From: an uncultured Bacilli bacterium | GTDB taxonomy: Bacteria > Bacillota_I > Bacilli_A > RF39 > UBA660 | Length of the DNA: 34,546 nucleotides | Reading direction: 5' to 3' | NCBI GenBank assembly: GCA_947630415.1 | Contig: CANRHM010000002.1 | Coordinates: forward strand, 1 to 34,546 | Shown: positions 24,389 through 32,420 of the stretch, in pieces | How the letters are laid out: every line of letters starts with the position of its first letter | Numbering within the stretch: the first letter of the stretch is position 1 | Made by a program: the position numbers and the translations under genes | The notes under the pieces: generated by a model | Seen by the model: only the letters and a program-made list of their open reading frames with translations | What the model was told of the DNA's origin: nothing | The model's database searches: none

Positions 24389-25573
24389 TTAAATTTCTTC
24401 TAATTCTTGAGCTTGTCCTGGTTGAACAGGCGCTGTCTGAGTCGTGTTAATATCTGTGAAAGAGACTCCTTTATTCTTGAGTTCTTCTTCTTTTCTTAAT
24501 TTTTCCTCTTCTTCTTCCGTTAGAACGTTTTCAAATTTGGTATCTAGCTGAATATTTTGTCCTTGTAAGTATTCCATCAAATGACTACTTGGATTTCTTT
24601 TGATGATTTTTTCACCAATTTTCTGATAAAGAATACGATGTTGTACTTCATTGTCATCATCGACATAGAATTCGCACACTTCATCGATTTCACGGTGAAA
24701 TTGTTGATATTTTTGACTGTAATAAGCTTTGATGTGTACGCCTAACTGAATATAACGATAAATCGTTTTTAAGAATTGATCAACATCGACTTCGGTCTCC
24801 ATAAGGCTGTACATACGGAAAGGTATGGCACTCGCTTTATCGGAGTGGATCGTCGATAAGATATTGTGTCCTGAAGATATCGAGTTACGAACCGCACTTA
24901 CGGCTTCTGCACTACGAACTTCGGATAGTAGAATCCATTTCGGGTTTTGTCGCATACAAGTAACCAACACTTCACTATAGGAAGCAATGTTGTTGGTCTT
25001 CATTGCTACAATATCCCGTTGAGGGAAAATACGATCCAAGTGTAACTCTAATGTATCCTCAATTGTTATTAATTTTTCATTGGTCTTGGTATGAGCTGCT
25101 AAGTATTTAACAAACTCCGTTTTACCTGAACCTGTTTCTCCACAAACGATGATGTTGCAATGTCCTTCAACACATTTAATTAAAAAGTCGTGGATATCTT
25201 TAGTAACATAATCTTCTTTTAAAAGATTTTCTTCTTTTAACCTGATCTTAGCAGGTGTTTTACGTATAACTAACGCAACCCCATTCGTCGCAATTGAATC
25301 GTGTACAAAGTTAAGACGAAGTTCGGTACTTTCTGCATCTAGAAAGGGACTTGCCATATTGAAGGTTTTTCCCATGACGTTAGAACACTGAAAGGCAAGT
25401 TTTTCTACCATAGCATTATTAATAGCTGGATTTTCTACTCGAACCGATCCTTGTGTTAAGGAACGAATCCAAATCTGTCCATTATTAGAATAAGAAATAT
25501 CGGTTATATCGTCATTATCAATGTACGTTTGAAAGGGCCCAAAGTCTATTTGCTCAAATACATTATCATTCAT
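24389..25573 (-). CDS. CpaF/TadA-type secretion ATPase (VirB11/GspE superfamily)
   Basis: 394 aa. Walker A CGETGSGKTEF, Walker B / Asp box WILLSEVRSAEA and His box GHNILSTIHSD. Followed by two T2SSF-like genes. Confidence 0.9.
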   Translation of the reverse strand: MNDNVFEQIDFGPFQTYIDNDDITDISYSNNGQIWIRSLTQGSVRVENPAINNAMVEKLAFQCSNVMGKTFNMASPFLDAESTELRLNFVHDSIATNGVALVIRKTPAKIRLKEENLLKEDYVTKDIHDFLIKCVEGHCNIIVCGETGSGKTEFVKYLAAHTKTNEKLITIEDTLELHLDRIFPQRDIVAMKTNNIASYSEVLVTCMRQNPKWILLSEVRSAEAVSAVRNSISSGHNILSTIHSDKASAIPFRMYSLMETEVDVDQFLKTIYRYIQLGVHIKAYYSQKYQQFHREIDEVCEFYVDDDNEVQHRILYQKIGEKIIKRNPSSHLMEYLQGQNIQLDTKFENVLTEEEEEKLRKEEELKNKGVSFTDINTTQTAPVQPGQAQELEEI

Positions 25574-25588
25574 AGTGAGCCCCCTTTT

Positions 25589-26419
25589 CTATTGTATTGC
25601 GCCACTACCTGACATATCTTCGGTCCAATACGTTACATTGTTGATCCAGTCTTTTAATTCTTCACTACTGATACGTACTTCACCTGGTTGTTCTTTTAAA
25701 GATTCTCTCGTTGGTACTGGTAAAAGTGTTGCATCATATGTTCTTAAGTACATCGTTTTTCTTAACAAGATATGGTATTCTTCTGGAACGGCAAAGATCA
25801 TCATCGCAGGCGTTCTTTCTTCTTCGACATTATCGAAAACGTTTTGTCCATTTCCATCAAGAACCGCCAAAACTTTTACATTTTCAATAAGTTTTCCAAC
25901 CATGATGGTATCTTTTTGATTCTTAACATTCTCGTCTAAGTTATTGATGGCTTTTAAGTAGATATCCACATAGTTTCCTGGAATAATTTGATTACCATAA
26001 GATAACGTCATATTCAAGGTCATGTTAACAAGTACATAACCATCGGGATAATCTTCACGAATAAGTGAATCCGGTAAAGCCGATTTCTCAACGACTGCTC
26101 TTCTATAAAACAAGCTTCCTGCTGGAATGACAGAATCGAAGTTACTATATTTGTTAACCACTTCACTTGCCGTTAGATAAATACTACTATTTTGAACCAT
26201 CGAACGAGGAATTTGCATCATACCAATCATATCGGAAGTAATTTGTGTCTTTGGATTAATAGTTACGGTAGCATAAGGTACTGATATCGGTGTAATGGCT
26301 TGATTAACACGCATATTGTATCCGATATAAAGAACCAATACGCCTAGAAGAACACCTACTACTGTAACGGTATTTCGATTTGATAAAAATTTCTTAAATC
26401 CTGTAATTAAGTTATTCAT
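25589..26419 (-). CDS. CpaB/RcpC-like pilus assembly protein (SAF-domain type)
   Basis: 276 aa. N-terminal TM anchor, then VPYATVTINPKTQITSDMIGMMQIPRSMV...VIPAGSLFYRRAVV, the pattern typical of CpaB. It lies directly upstream of the CpaF-like gene. Confidence 0.55.
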   Translation of the reverse strand: MNNLITGFKKFLSNRNTVTVVGVLLGVLVLYIGYNMRVNQAITPISVPYATVTINPKTQITSDMIGMMQIPRSMVQNSSIYLTASEVVNKYSNFDSVIPAGSLFYRRAVVEKSALPDSLIREDYPDGYVLVNMTLNMTLSYGNQIIPGNYVDIYLKAINNLDENVKNQKDTIMVGKLIENVKVLAVLDGNGQNVFDNVEEERTPAMMIFAVPEEYHILLRKTMYLRTYDATLLPVPTRESLKEQPGEVRISSEELKDWINNVTYWTEDMSGSGAIQ

Positions 26420-26437
26420 CTTTATCCCTTCCTTCTT

Positions 26438-26878
26438 TTATTCTAGTTCATCCAAGACGTCTTCTACTCTACGCTCTTCTTCGTATTTCGTTTCGAGTAT
26501 GGCATCGATTTGGTTTTTAATTTGGAAACTTTCTCCCGCAAATACGACCGAAGTGGAAGATCCTACTTTAACGCTCACTTTTGGAGGTGTTTCATTGATA
26601 TCGTAAATACGAATATCGTAGTTACGATCGTTATTAACGTTTTCAGCAAAGCGACGAACGAAGCTTTCTACAAATTTTTCTTTGTCCATTCGAATTTCGC
26701 CACCCGATACTTGATAAAATCCATAATCGACCGCATCAAGCATGGCTGCTTCCGTCGTATCCTTTAATAAGTAGTAATCTAGTTCATTTCCTGAGGAGTA
26801 GTTTTGAATAATGTTGACCATTCCCAGTGTAAAAACCCCTAGTAAAATGATTCCGGTTAATAAAATACCTTTACTCAT
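26438..26878 (-). CDS. Membrane-anchored pseudopilin-like (TadE/TadF-like) protein
   Basis: 146 aa. MSKG-ILLTGIILLGVFTLGMVNII N-terminus (short leader, Gly, hydrophobic helix). 1-nt TAATG overlap with the 970-aa gene. Assigned mainly from position. Confidence 0.4.
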   Translation of the reverse strand: MSKGILLTGIILLGVFTLGMVNIIQNYSSGNELDYYLLKDTTEAAMLDAVDYGFYQVSGGEIRMDKEKFVESFVRRFAENVNNDRNYDIRIYDINETPPKVSVKVGSSTSVVFAGESFQIKNQIDAILETKYEEERRVEDVLDELE

Positions 26879-29790
26879 TATTGATTTCCTCCTCTCATAT
26901 CAACGTATTTACGTTCACATACATTTCCTTTTTGGTTGTTACATCCCACCATGCCTCGTTTTTTCAAATCCATATAATAACTGCTCGTTCCATTTACATC
27001 ATAATCACTATTGGCTCCACCATTTAGGAATTTACTTTGACATACGTTAATTCCTAATTTGGTATCACTATAACAATACATATCGTAATCTAAGTATTCA
27101 CCATTATGCTCACGGTTATATTGACGAATGGCATTGATGTTTTGTTTGGTTAAGACGATTTCGTAATCAAGTTCCTCGGATGGATCATTTTCTTGGTTAC
27201 TTGTTTCGTAAATCGTATCTCCTTTTCGAATGATTTCTAATCTCGTTTCATCCGGCATGATATTGTAACGCAAACTATTCGCTGAAGTTGTCCAGTTCCA
27301 TCTTGGGTTACGTCCAATATCTTGTTGTTCTTCTAAGAATGGTTGATTTAAGTTAATAGGACGATAGATATAAGTAAGTCCACACGTATCAATACAGTTT
27401 GCTTCTCCTGGTGCACAAGCAGTACATCCTGGATTTAAGTAGATACCCGTGTTATCTTTAATTCCATAGAAGCAATCTAAGTCGATGCTTGACCATTGTC
27501 CCCAAGAACCAAGTCCACTAAAGTTATAGTGAATATTTTGGGTAATTCCTTGAGAAGCAAAATTTCCATCTTTAATCGCTTCTTCACTGTTTGAAGTAAC
27601 CGTAGGCCACTTTTCATATAAGTTATAACCTAGGGCATTGATATTCGAATAGAACCTACGTCCCCCTTGATAATAATACTTAAGTAAATCAGGATTTACT
27701 TCAAATTGTTTTCTTCCATAACGGATATCGCCCACATTAATACTCGAAACATAAGATTCGTCTAAATAAAGTTTAATTTGACGTTTTACTTCATAACTTC
27801 TAACTTCTTTTTCTACTTGATAATGACCTGGTATTCCAATAGTTTCATTATGATTTTCGGTCATTTTTACTTCATAATCACGTGTTGTATTGTTTTCTGT
27901 ATAGTTTGTAACTTCTTTAATGACTGTCGTATCCGTTGCATCTTTATATTCAATGACTTTACCGGTATGAGAATCTACTACCGAAGCACTAAATTTTTCT
28001 GGATTTTCTTTGTCGAGAGATTCAAAAGACTCTGTCGTATATTGATTGATGGCATTTAATACATTTTGAAGTTCTGCTTCACTTTTTTCTACCTCTTTAC
28101 GATAAGCACTTTCTGGTGTTTCTGGAGGTATTACACAATTTGGACTCGTTACAAATACTTCGTAACAAAGTGTTGGATTGGTATTAGAGTTACAACCATC
28201 CAAGTAAGTAAAGGATATTCCATGTTCACTTACACAATAAGTATTCGTTGGACATCCATAGTTACTATCGGTTACATAACAACTAGAAATCGGTAATCTT
28301 GTTCGACCATAAGGTTTTCCTATTAATTCTGCACAAGTTTTATTACTTCCATGACTTAAATCTGTTGTTGAAACTGGTACTGCTTGAAGTGGATTAGCAC
28401 TAAGTGTCAATTTAGAAAAGAGTCCTTGTGTATTATAGATAGGTATATTGTTAGGATACGTCATCTTATAACATTGATCGATACAATCTTGGGTATATTT
28501 TCCACCATCGCAAGAAGCCACACATTGATCAAAGGATGATGTAGGTCCTGCTCCTGCTTGTCCTGTATGATTTGCAGGTCCTCCCCAACATTCAACAGAA
28601 TATGCACATTGTGGTTTATACTCAGGTTGTCTTAGTTGTACAGGTGTACAAGTACGAGTCATATTAATGACAGGGCTATAACTGAAACCTTGACCAGCAC
28701 TTAATCCTTTTGGTTGCTCGTAAGTGATTTCTAATTTTTCGGTACAAAGTGCACCCCAATATGTTCCTCCTACCCCTTCTAAAAATTGGGTATATTCTTG
28801 AGATGATGCCGTATGTTCACTGGTATTTGAATTTCTATTTTTATCGAAGTAGCATTGTAAATGGTCCTCTACTTTACCTGTGGATAAACGTGTTAAAATA
28901 TTTTTTGCACGATCAATATCTTCACGTACTTTTTGATCGGTATATTGGTCTACGTTAGACCAATTCATTTCTTCTTCAAAGCATTCACTGACTAAATTCG
29001 TAGCAATTCCTACTTTATCGGTTCCATTTACTTGGTTACGATAATCTTTACAAATTTGTTTATTATAAATAGGATTCGGAATGGAAGTGGAACCTGCTCC
29101 TTGAATATAACCCATGTAAGCTCCATTACAAGGATTTCCGCCACCCAAGCCTAGATAGAATGCAAGGAAATAGTCATCCCCCGGATTTACCCAAAACTGA
29201 ATGACCCCATCGTTGTTGGTAAGCCAATTGTTTCCCGGAAATTCATATACTTGACAATTTCCACTATCATCATAACTCGTACAAGTTTCACGATAAGCCG
29301 GTTGATTACCACTTGTATTTTGTTTTGTTACACGTTTAACACGATAACCTTCTGCTTTTTGAATCGTTACTTTCCACTGGCTACGAGAACTATCCCATAC
29401 TTGTGAAAAGTTTGCATTACTGTTTAGTTCATTCATAGGAGTTACCTTAGATATATCTTGTTCTAGTGGGCAAGAATAGAAAGTATATTTATCATCACCA
29501 ATATTTCCTTCTGTAATTCCGCAACTGATACCTAATGAAACCGCTTCAAAATAGTCCTCTTTTGGGCAGGTATTGGTATTTCCACCACTTTGATAACAAG
29601 AATTGATGATATCTCTTTGTGTAATTTTAGATAGTTGTACATTACTTCCTGCATTTTGAATGGTATAAATCATTCCTCCAACACAAACTTGTCCATCACT
29701 ATCTGTATTTTTAGCACTTACTAATAAAGGAAATAAAGCAAGAAGGAGACATACTCCCAATCCAATTATTTGCTTTTTTTGTTTATTCAT
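26878..29790 (-). CDS. Large secreted Cys-rich protein (candidate adhesin / pilus-associated)
   Basis: 970 aa. Sec signal peptide MNKQKKQIIGLGVCLLLALFPLLVSA|KN. By my count 36 Cys, 35 in the mature part, clustered in the N-terminal ~560 aa and C-terminal ~190 aa around a Cys-free central segment. AGGAGG SD. No LPXTG-type sorting signal and no C-terminal TM. Confidence 0.85.
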   Translation of the reverse strand: MNKQKKQIIGLGVCLLLALFPLLVSAKNTDSDGQVCVGGMIYTIQNAGSNVQLSKITQRDIINSCYQSGGNTNTCPKEDYFEAVSLGISCGITEGNIGDDKYTFYSCPLEQDISKVTPMNELNSNANFSQVWDSSRSQWKVTIQKAEGYRVKRVTKQNTSGNQPAYRETCTSYDDSGNCQVYEFPGNNWLTNNDGVIQFWVNPGDDYFLAFYLGLGGGNPCNGAYMGYIQGAGSTSIPNPIYNKQICKDYRNQVNGTDKVGIATNLVSECFEEEMNWSNVDQYTDQKVREDIDRAKNILTRLSTGKVEDHLQCYFDKNRNSNTSEHTASSQEYTQFLEGVGGTYWGALCTEKLEITYEQPKGLSAGQGFSYSPVINMTRTCTPVQLRQPEYKPQCAYSVECWGGPANHTGQAGAGPTSSFDQCVASCDGGKYTQDCIDQCYKMTYPNNIPIYNTQGLFSKLTLSANPLQAVPVSTTDLSHGSNKTCAELIGKPYGRTRLPISSCYVTDSNYGCPTNTYCVSEHGISFTYLDGCNSNTNPTLCYEVFVTSPNCVIPPETPESAYRKEVEKSEAELQNVLNAINQYTTESFESLDKENPEKFSASVVDSHTGKVIEYKDATDTTVIKEVTNYTENNTTRDYEVKMTENHNETIGIPGHYQVEKEVRSYEVKRQIKLYLDESYVSSINVGDIRYGRKQFEVNPDLLKYYYQGGRRFYSNINALGYNLYEKWPTVTSNSEEAIKDGNFASQGITQNIHYNFSGLGSWGQWSSIDLDCFYGIKDNTGIYLNPGCTACAPGEANCIDTCGLTYIYRPINLNQPFLEEQQDIGRNPRWNWTTSANSLRYNIMPDETRLEIIRKGDTIYETSNQENDPSEELDYEIVLTKQNINAIRQYNREHNGEYLDYDMYCYSDTKLGINVCQSKFLNGGANSDYDVNGTSSYYMDLKKRGMVGCNNQKGNVCERKYVDMRGGNQ

Positions 29791-29807
29791 TTCAAGGACC
29801 TCCTATC

Positions 29808-30557
29808 TTACTTGATTATATCATAGTTTGCCGTTGTTTGAACAGCATATTTTTCTACTTCTTCATTTTCTCTTAATTTACGGGCATCAATTCTAAATTG
29901 TGTTCTTCCTTCAAGTCCAAAGTATCTTGTACAAGTAATAAGAGAGATAAGCGTATCTTGTTCATTTACTTCTATATTATATCGATATAAACTGTTGTCG
30001 ATGGCGGTCTGGATATAATTTTGCGTCTCACTCAAAGAGGTCGTCGTATCTCCTTTTTCATTATCTTCTACAAAACCAACGGCATAGATAAGATAAAGTT
30101 CATCTTTTCCATCATGGGTATATTGGATATATAAGTTGTCTTTCGCAAAGTCGTAATAAACAAAGCTCATAAGTTGTTCAAAACGAACATGATTTTCGTC
30201 GGCAATAAGTGGTTCACTAGAAACGTTTTGAATATTGTGTCCATAGATGGCTAAACGGTTTTCCCCTTCTCCTGGACGATGTGCTACCCAAGTGTAATCA
30301 ATACCACTTCGATAGGCTTGAGGCGTTTCATAAATGATAGGATAATCGATATTCGTACCTTGTACCCTAATCCAACCAACGGAATTGACGTTGGCAACTT
30401 TGGTATCACTTACTTGTTCAACTCTGGAATCAATGGCGTATTTTACAAAAGTGGATCCCATTTTTTGATTGGAAACGTAAATGATTACGAATCCTATTAC
30501 CGCAAGTATTAACAATAAGGTGATTTGCCCATAGGCATTTTTACTTTTCTTTTTCAT
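29808..30557 (-). CDS. srtB: Class B sortase
   Basis: 249 aa. N-terminal TM anchor, VGWIRVQGTNIDYPIIY, catalytic-His motif AIYGHN, catalytic-Cys motif LISLITCT and a downstream Arg (FRIDARKL). Confidence 0.8.
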   Translation of the reverse strand: MKKKSKNAYGQITLLLILAVIGFVIIYVSNQKMGSTFVKYAIDSRVEQVSDTKVANVNSVGWIRVQGTNIDYPIIYETPQAYRSGIDYTWVAHRPGEGENRLAIYGHNIQNVSSEPLIADENHVRFEQLMSFVYYDFAKDNLYIQYTHDGKDELYLIYAVGFVEDNEKGDTTTSLSETQNYIQTAIDNSLYRYNIEVNEQDTLISLITCTRYFGLEGRTQFRIDARKLRENEEVEKYAVQTTANYDIIK

Positions 30558-30569
30558 ATTTTACCTCTC

Positions 30570-32420
30570 TTACTTTATATAATATGGACTAGTAACCGTT
30601 CCTTGTCCACTTGAAATACGTGCATTTTTACTAATGTAGATAACGGCTTTTATAGCATTGTTTTTAAAATCCTCAAGGGATACATCAAAGGCAATTCCAT
30701 TTCTTGAGTTGACCATAAAGAAATGATTCTCTTTATTAATTACATCCATTAAGTAGTAATTGATTCCCATGAATAAGTTATTGCTGTTTACTCCTGAGAA
30801 TAAGTCATAACTACTTGGAATTGAAAATCTTGCTCTAAATGTTTCAGTATTATATTCATCGTATTTTTTTCCTTCTTCATAGTAAGGTCTTGTAAATTCA
30901 TGTTCGATTAATAAGTTATCAGCTACATAATTTCCTAGTTCATTATTTAAAATGTAACCTAAGTTGCCTTCTACTAAAGGATTGAATTTACGAATTCTAT
31001 CTTCATCTTGATAGGTAGCAGTTAACTCTTTTCCAGTAGAACTATTGGTAAGCGTTCCTGCTCCTATAAGTTTAATATTTCCTTCTTCATCAAAACCACT
31101 GATGCGGAAGAATTGTCCGGAATAGTTTACGTATTCTCCGATATAACGAGTATTTAAGTAGTCATTATCTCTTCCAAACGTATAATCATCTAATTTATAA
31201 GGCTTTTCACCGGAGCCATCACCATCCATGACATAAAGATTTTCGGTTTTTAAATTGATGACTGGACGAACGCCTGCTAAATTTTGATTAGCAAAATCGC
31301 TTATTCTACTATTTCCATAATTATAGTAGATAAAACTGTTGGTTTCGTTTTTCTTATCAAGTAACCAGTAACTTCCCATTTGGTATAAGTAAGAAGTATT
31401 CTTGCTATCGATGGATGCTAATAATTCATTCATGGAAAGCATTCCAACAGGAAGGGCATTCGAATAACTATCACATTCTTTCATCTGTCCTAAAGAAGTT
31501 GTATTTTCACACCAAGTGCTATCTTGTTTAACATATTGACTGGCATTTTTAAGTGCTTGATAAAAAGTATTGTTCAACCATTTTGCCAAATTAGAGTTTT
31601 CAAAGTTCTCTCCTTCGTTTCGGTAAGGCATATTCGCTACATTATCGTCTAATATGAGTTTAATACTGTTATCATCGTTTACCTTGATAATCCGCCAAAG
31701 CATGCCAGAGAATAATATGTAGTTATTGGCATTTTCACCTTTGTAGGTATTGCTTTCATCGGTTGCCGATTTAATTTCATCGACGATATTGCGAACGACA
31801 TACACATCTCTTGTTACATCGCTTCGGTTATGCATTTTATCATAGACCGTATAACGCACTTTATATGATCCTATTTTTTTGGTATTAACATTAGAGGAAT
31901 CAATAAGCACTTTGCTCACATCAATATCTTGGTCATGATCATCTTTGATGCTTTCCACACCTAATTCTTGATATCCACTATTAATGGTTAGATAGTAAGG
32001 ATCATCTCCTTTTAAAGTGATGACTGGTCCTTCATGATCCACATTGGATTGATATTTTCCACAGGATAAGTAAGTGTAGTAACGGTATTCTTCTCCTTCT
32101 TTAAATACTCTAACCCATGAGTCGAGCGAACAAGTATCGTTTTCTTTAGGAATCATCAACTTCTCGATTCGCTCTAAGTCGTTTAATTCTTTTAAAGTAA
32201 CCGAGACCATTTCTCCATCTTTTTTAGGAAGTCTTGATGGATACTGAAAGTAATAATATTCGGCGGCCTCTTGGAATTTCTTTTCTTCTTGTCTAAAGAG
32301 AAAGTATCCTTCAATAAAAAGAGCATAAATCAAATACAAAAGAAGAAGACTTGCACCTAAAATGGCTAGAATTAAAGCTAATCTTTTTTTCTTTTTAACT
32401 TCCGCTGGTTGCATTTTCAT
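30570..32420 (-). CDS. Membrane-anchored multidomain surface protein (pilin-like head, Ig-like domain, two repeated modules)
   Basis: 616 aa. N-terminal TM helix, YYYFQYPSRLPKKDGE...YRYYTYLSCG, an Ig-like segment (GPVITLKGDDPYYLTINSGYQELG...GSYKVRYTVYDKMHNRSDVTRDVYVV), then two modules each with W/FRI..., VRPVINL / AVIYISK and G.G[ST]...PY.[IL]. Strong AAGGAGG SD. Confidence 0.8.
   Translation of the reverse strand: MKMQPAEVKKKKRLALILAILGASLLLLYLIYALFIEGYFLFRQEEKKFQEAAEYYYFQYPSRLPKKDGEMVSVTLKELNDLERIEKLMIPKENDTCSLDSWVRVFKEGEEYRYYTYLSCGKYQSNVDHEGPVITLKGDDPYYLTINSGYQELGVESIKDDHDQDIDVSKVLIDSSNVNTKKIGSYKVRYTVYDKMHNRSDVTRDVYVVRNIVDEIKSATDESNTYKGENANNYILFSGMLWRIIKVNDDNSIKLILDDNVANMPYRNEGENFENSNLAKWLNNTFYQALKNASQYVKQDSTWCENTTSLGQMKECDSYSNALPVGMLSMNELLASIDSKNTSYLYQMGSYWLLDKKNETNSFIYYNYGNSRISDFANQNLAGVRPVINLKTENLYVMDGDGSGEKPYKLDDYTFGRDNDYLNTRYIGEYVNYSGQFFRISGFDEEGNIKLIGAGTLTNSSTGKELTATYQDEDRIRKFNPLVEGNLGYILNNELGNYVADNLLIEHEFTRPYYEEGKKYDEYNTETFRARFSIPSSYDLFSGVNSNNLFMGINYYLMDVINKENHFFMVNSRNGIAFDVSLEDFKNNAIKAVIYISKNARISSGQGTVTSPYYIK

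Noticed and set aside
25575-25919. 114-aa plus-strand ORF opposite the CpaB-like gene
   Set aside because: It is antisense to a gene with a good SD, the expected position and CpaB-like sequence. It has no SD and a Ser/Phe-rich composition.
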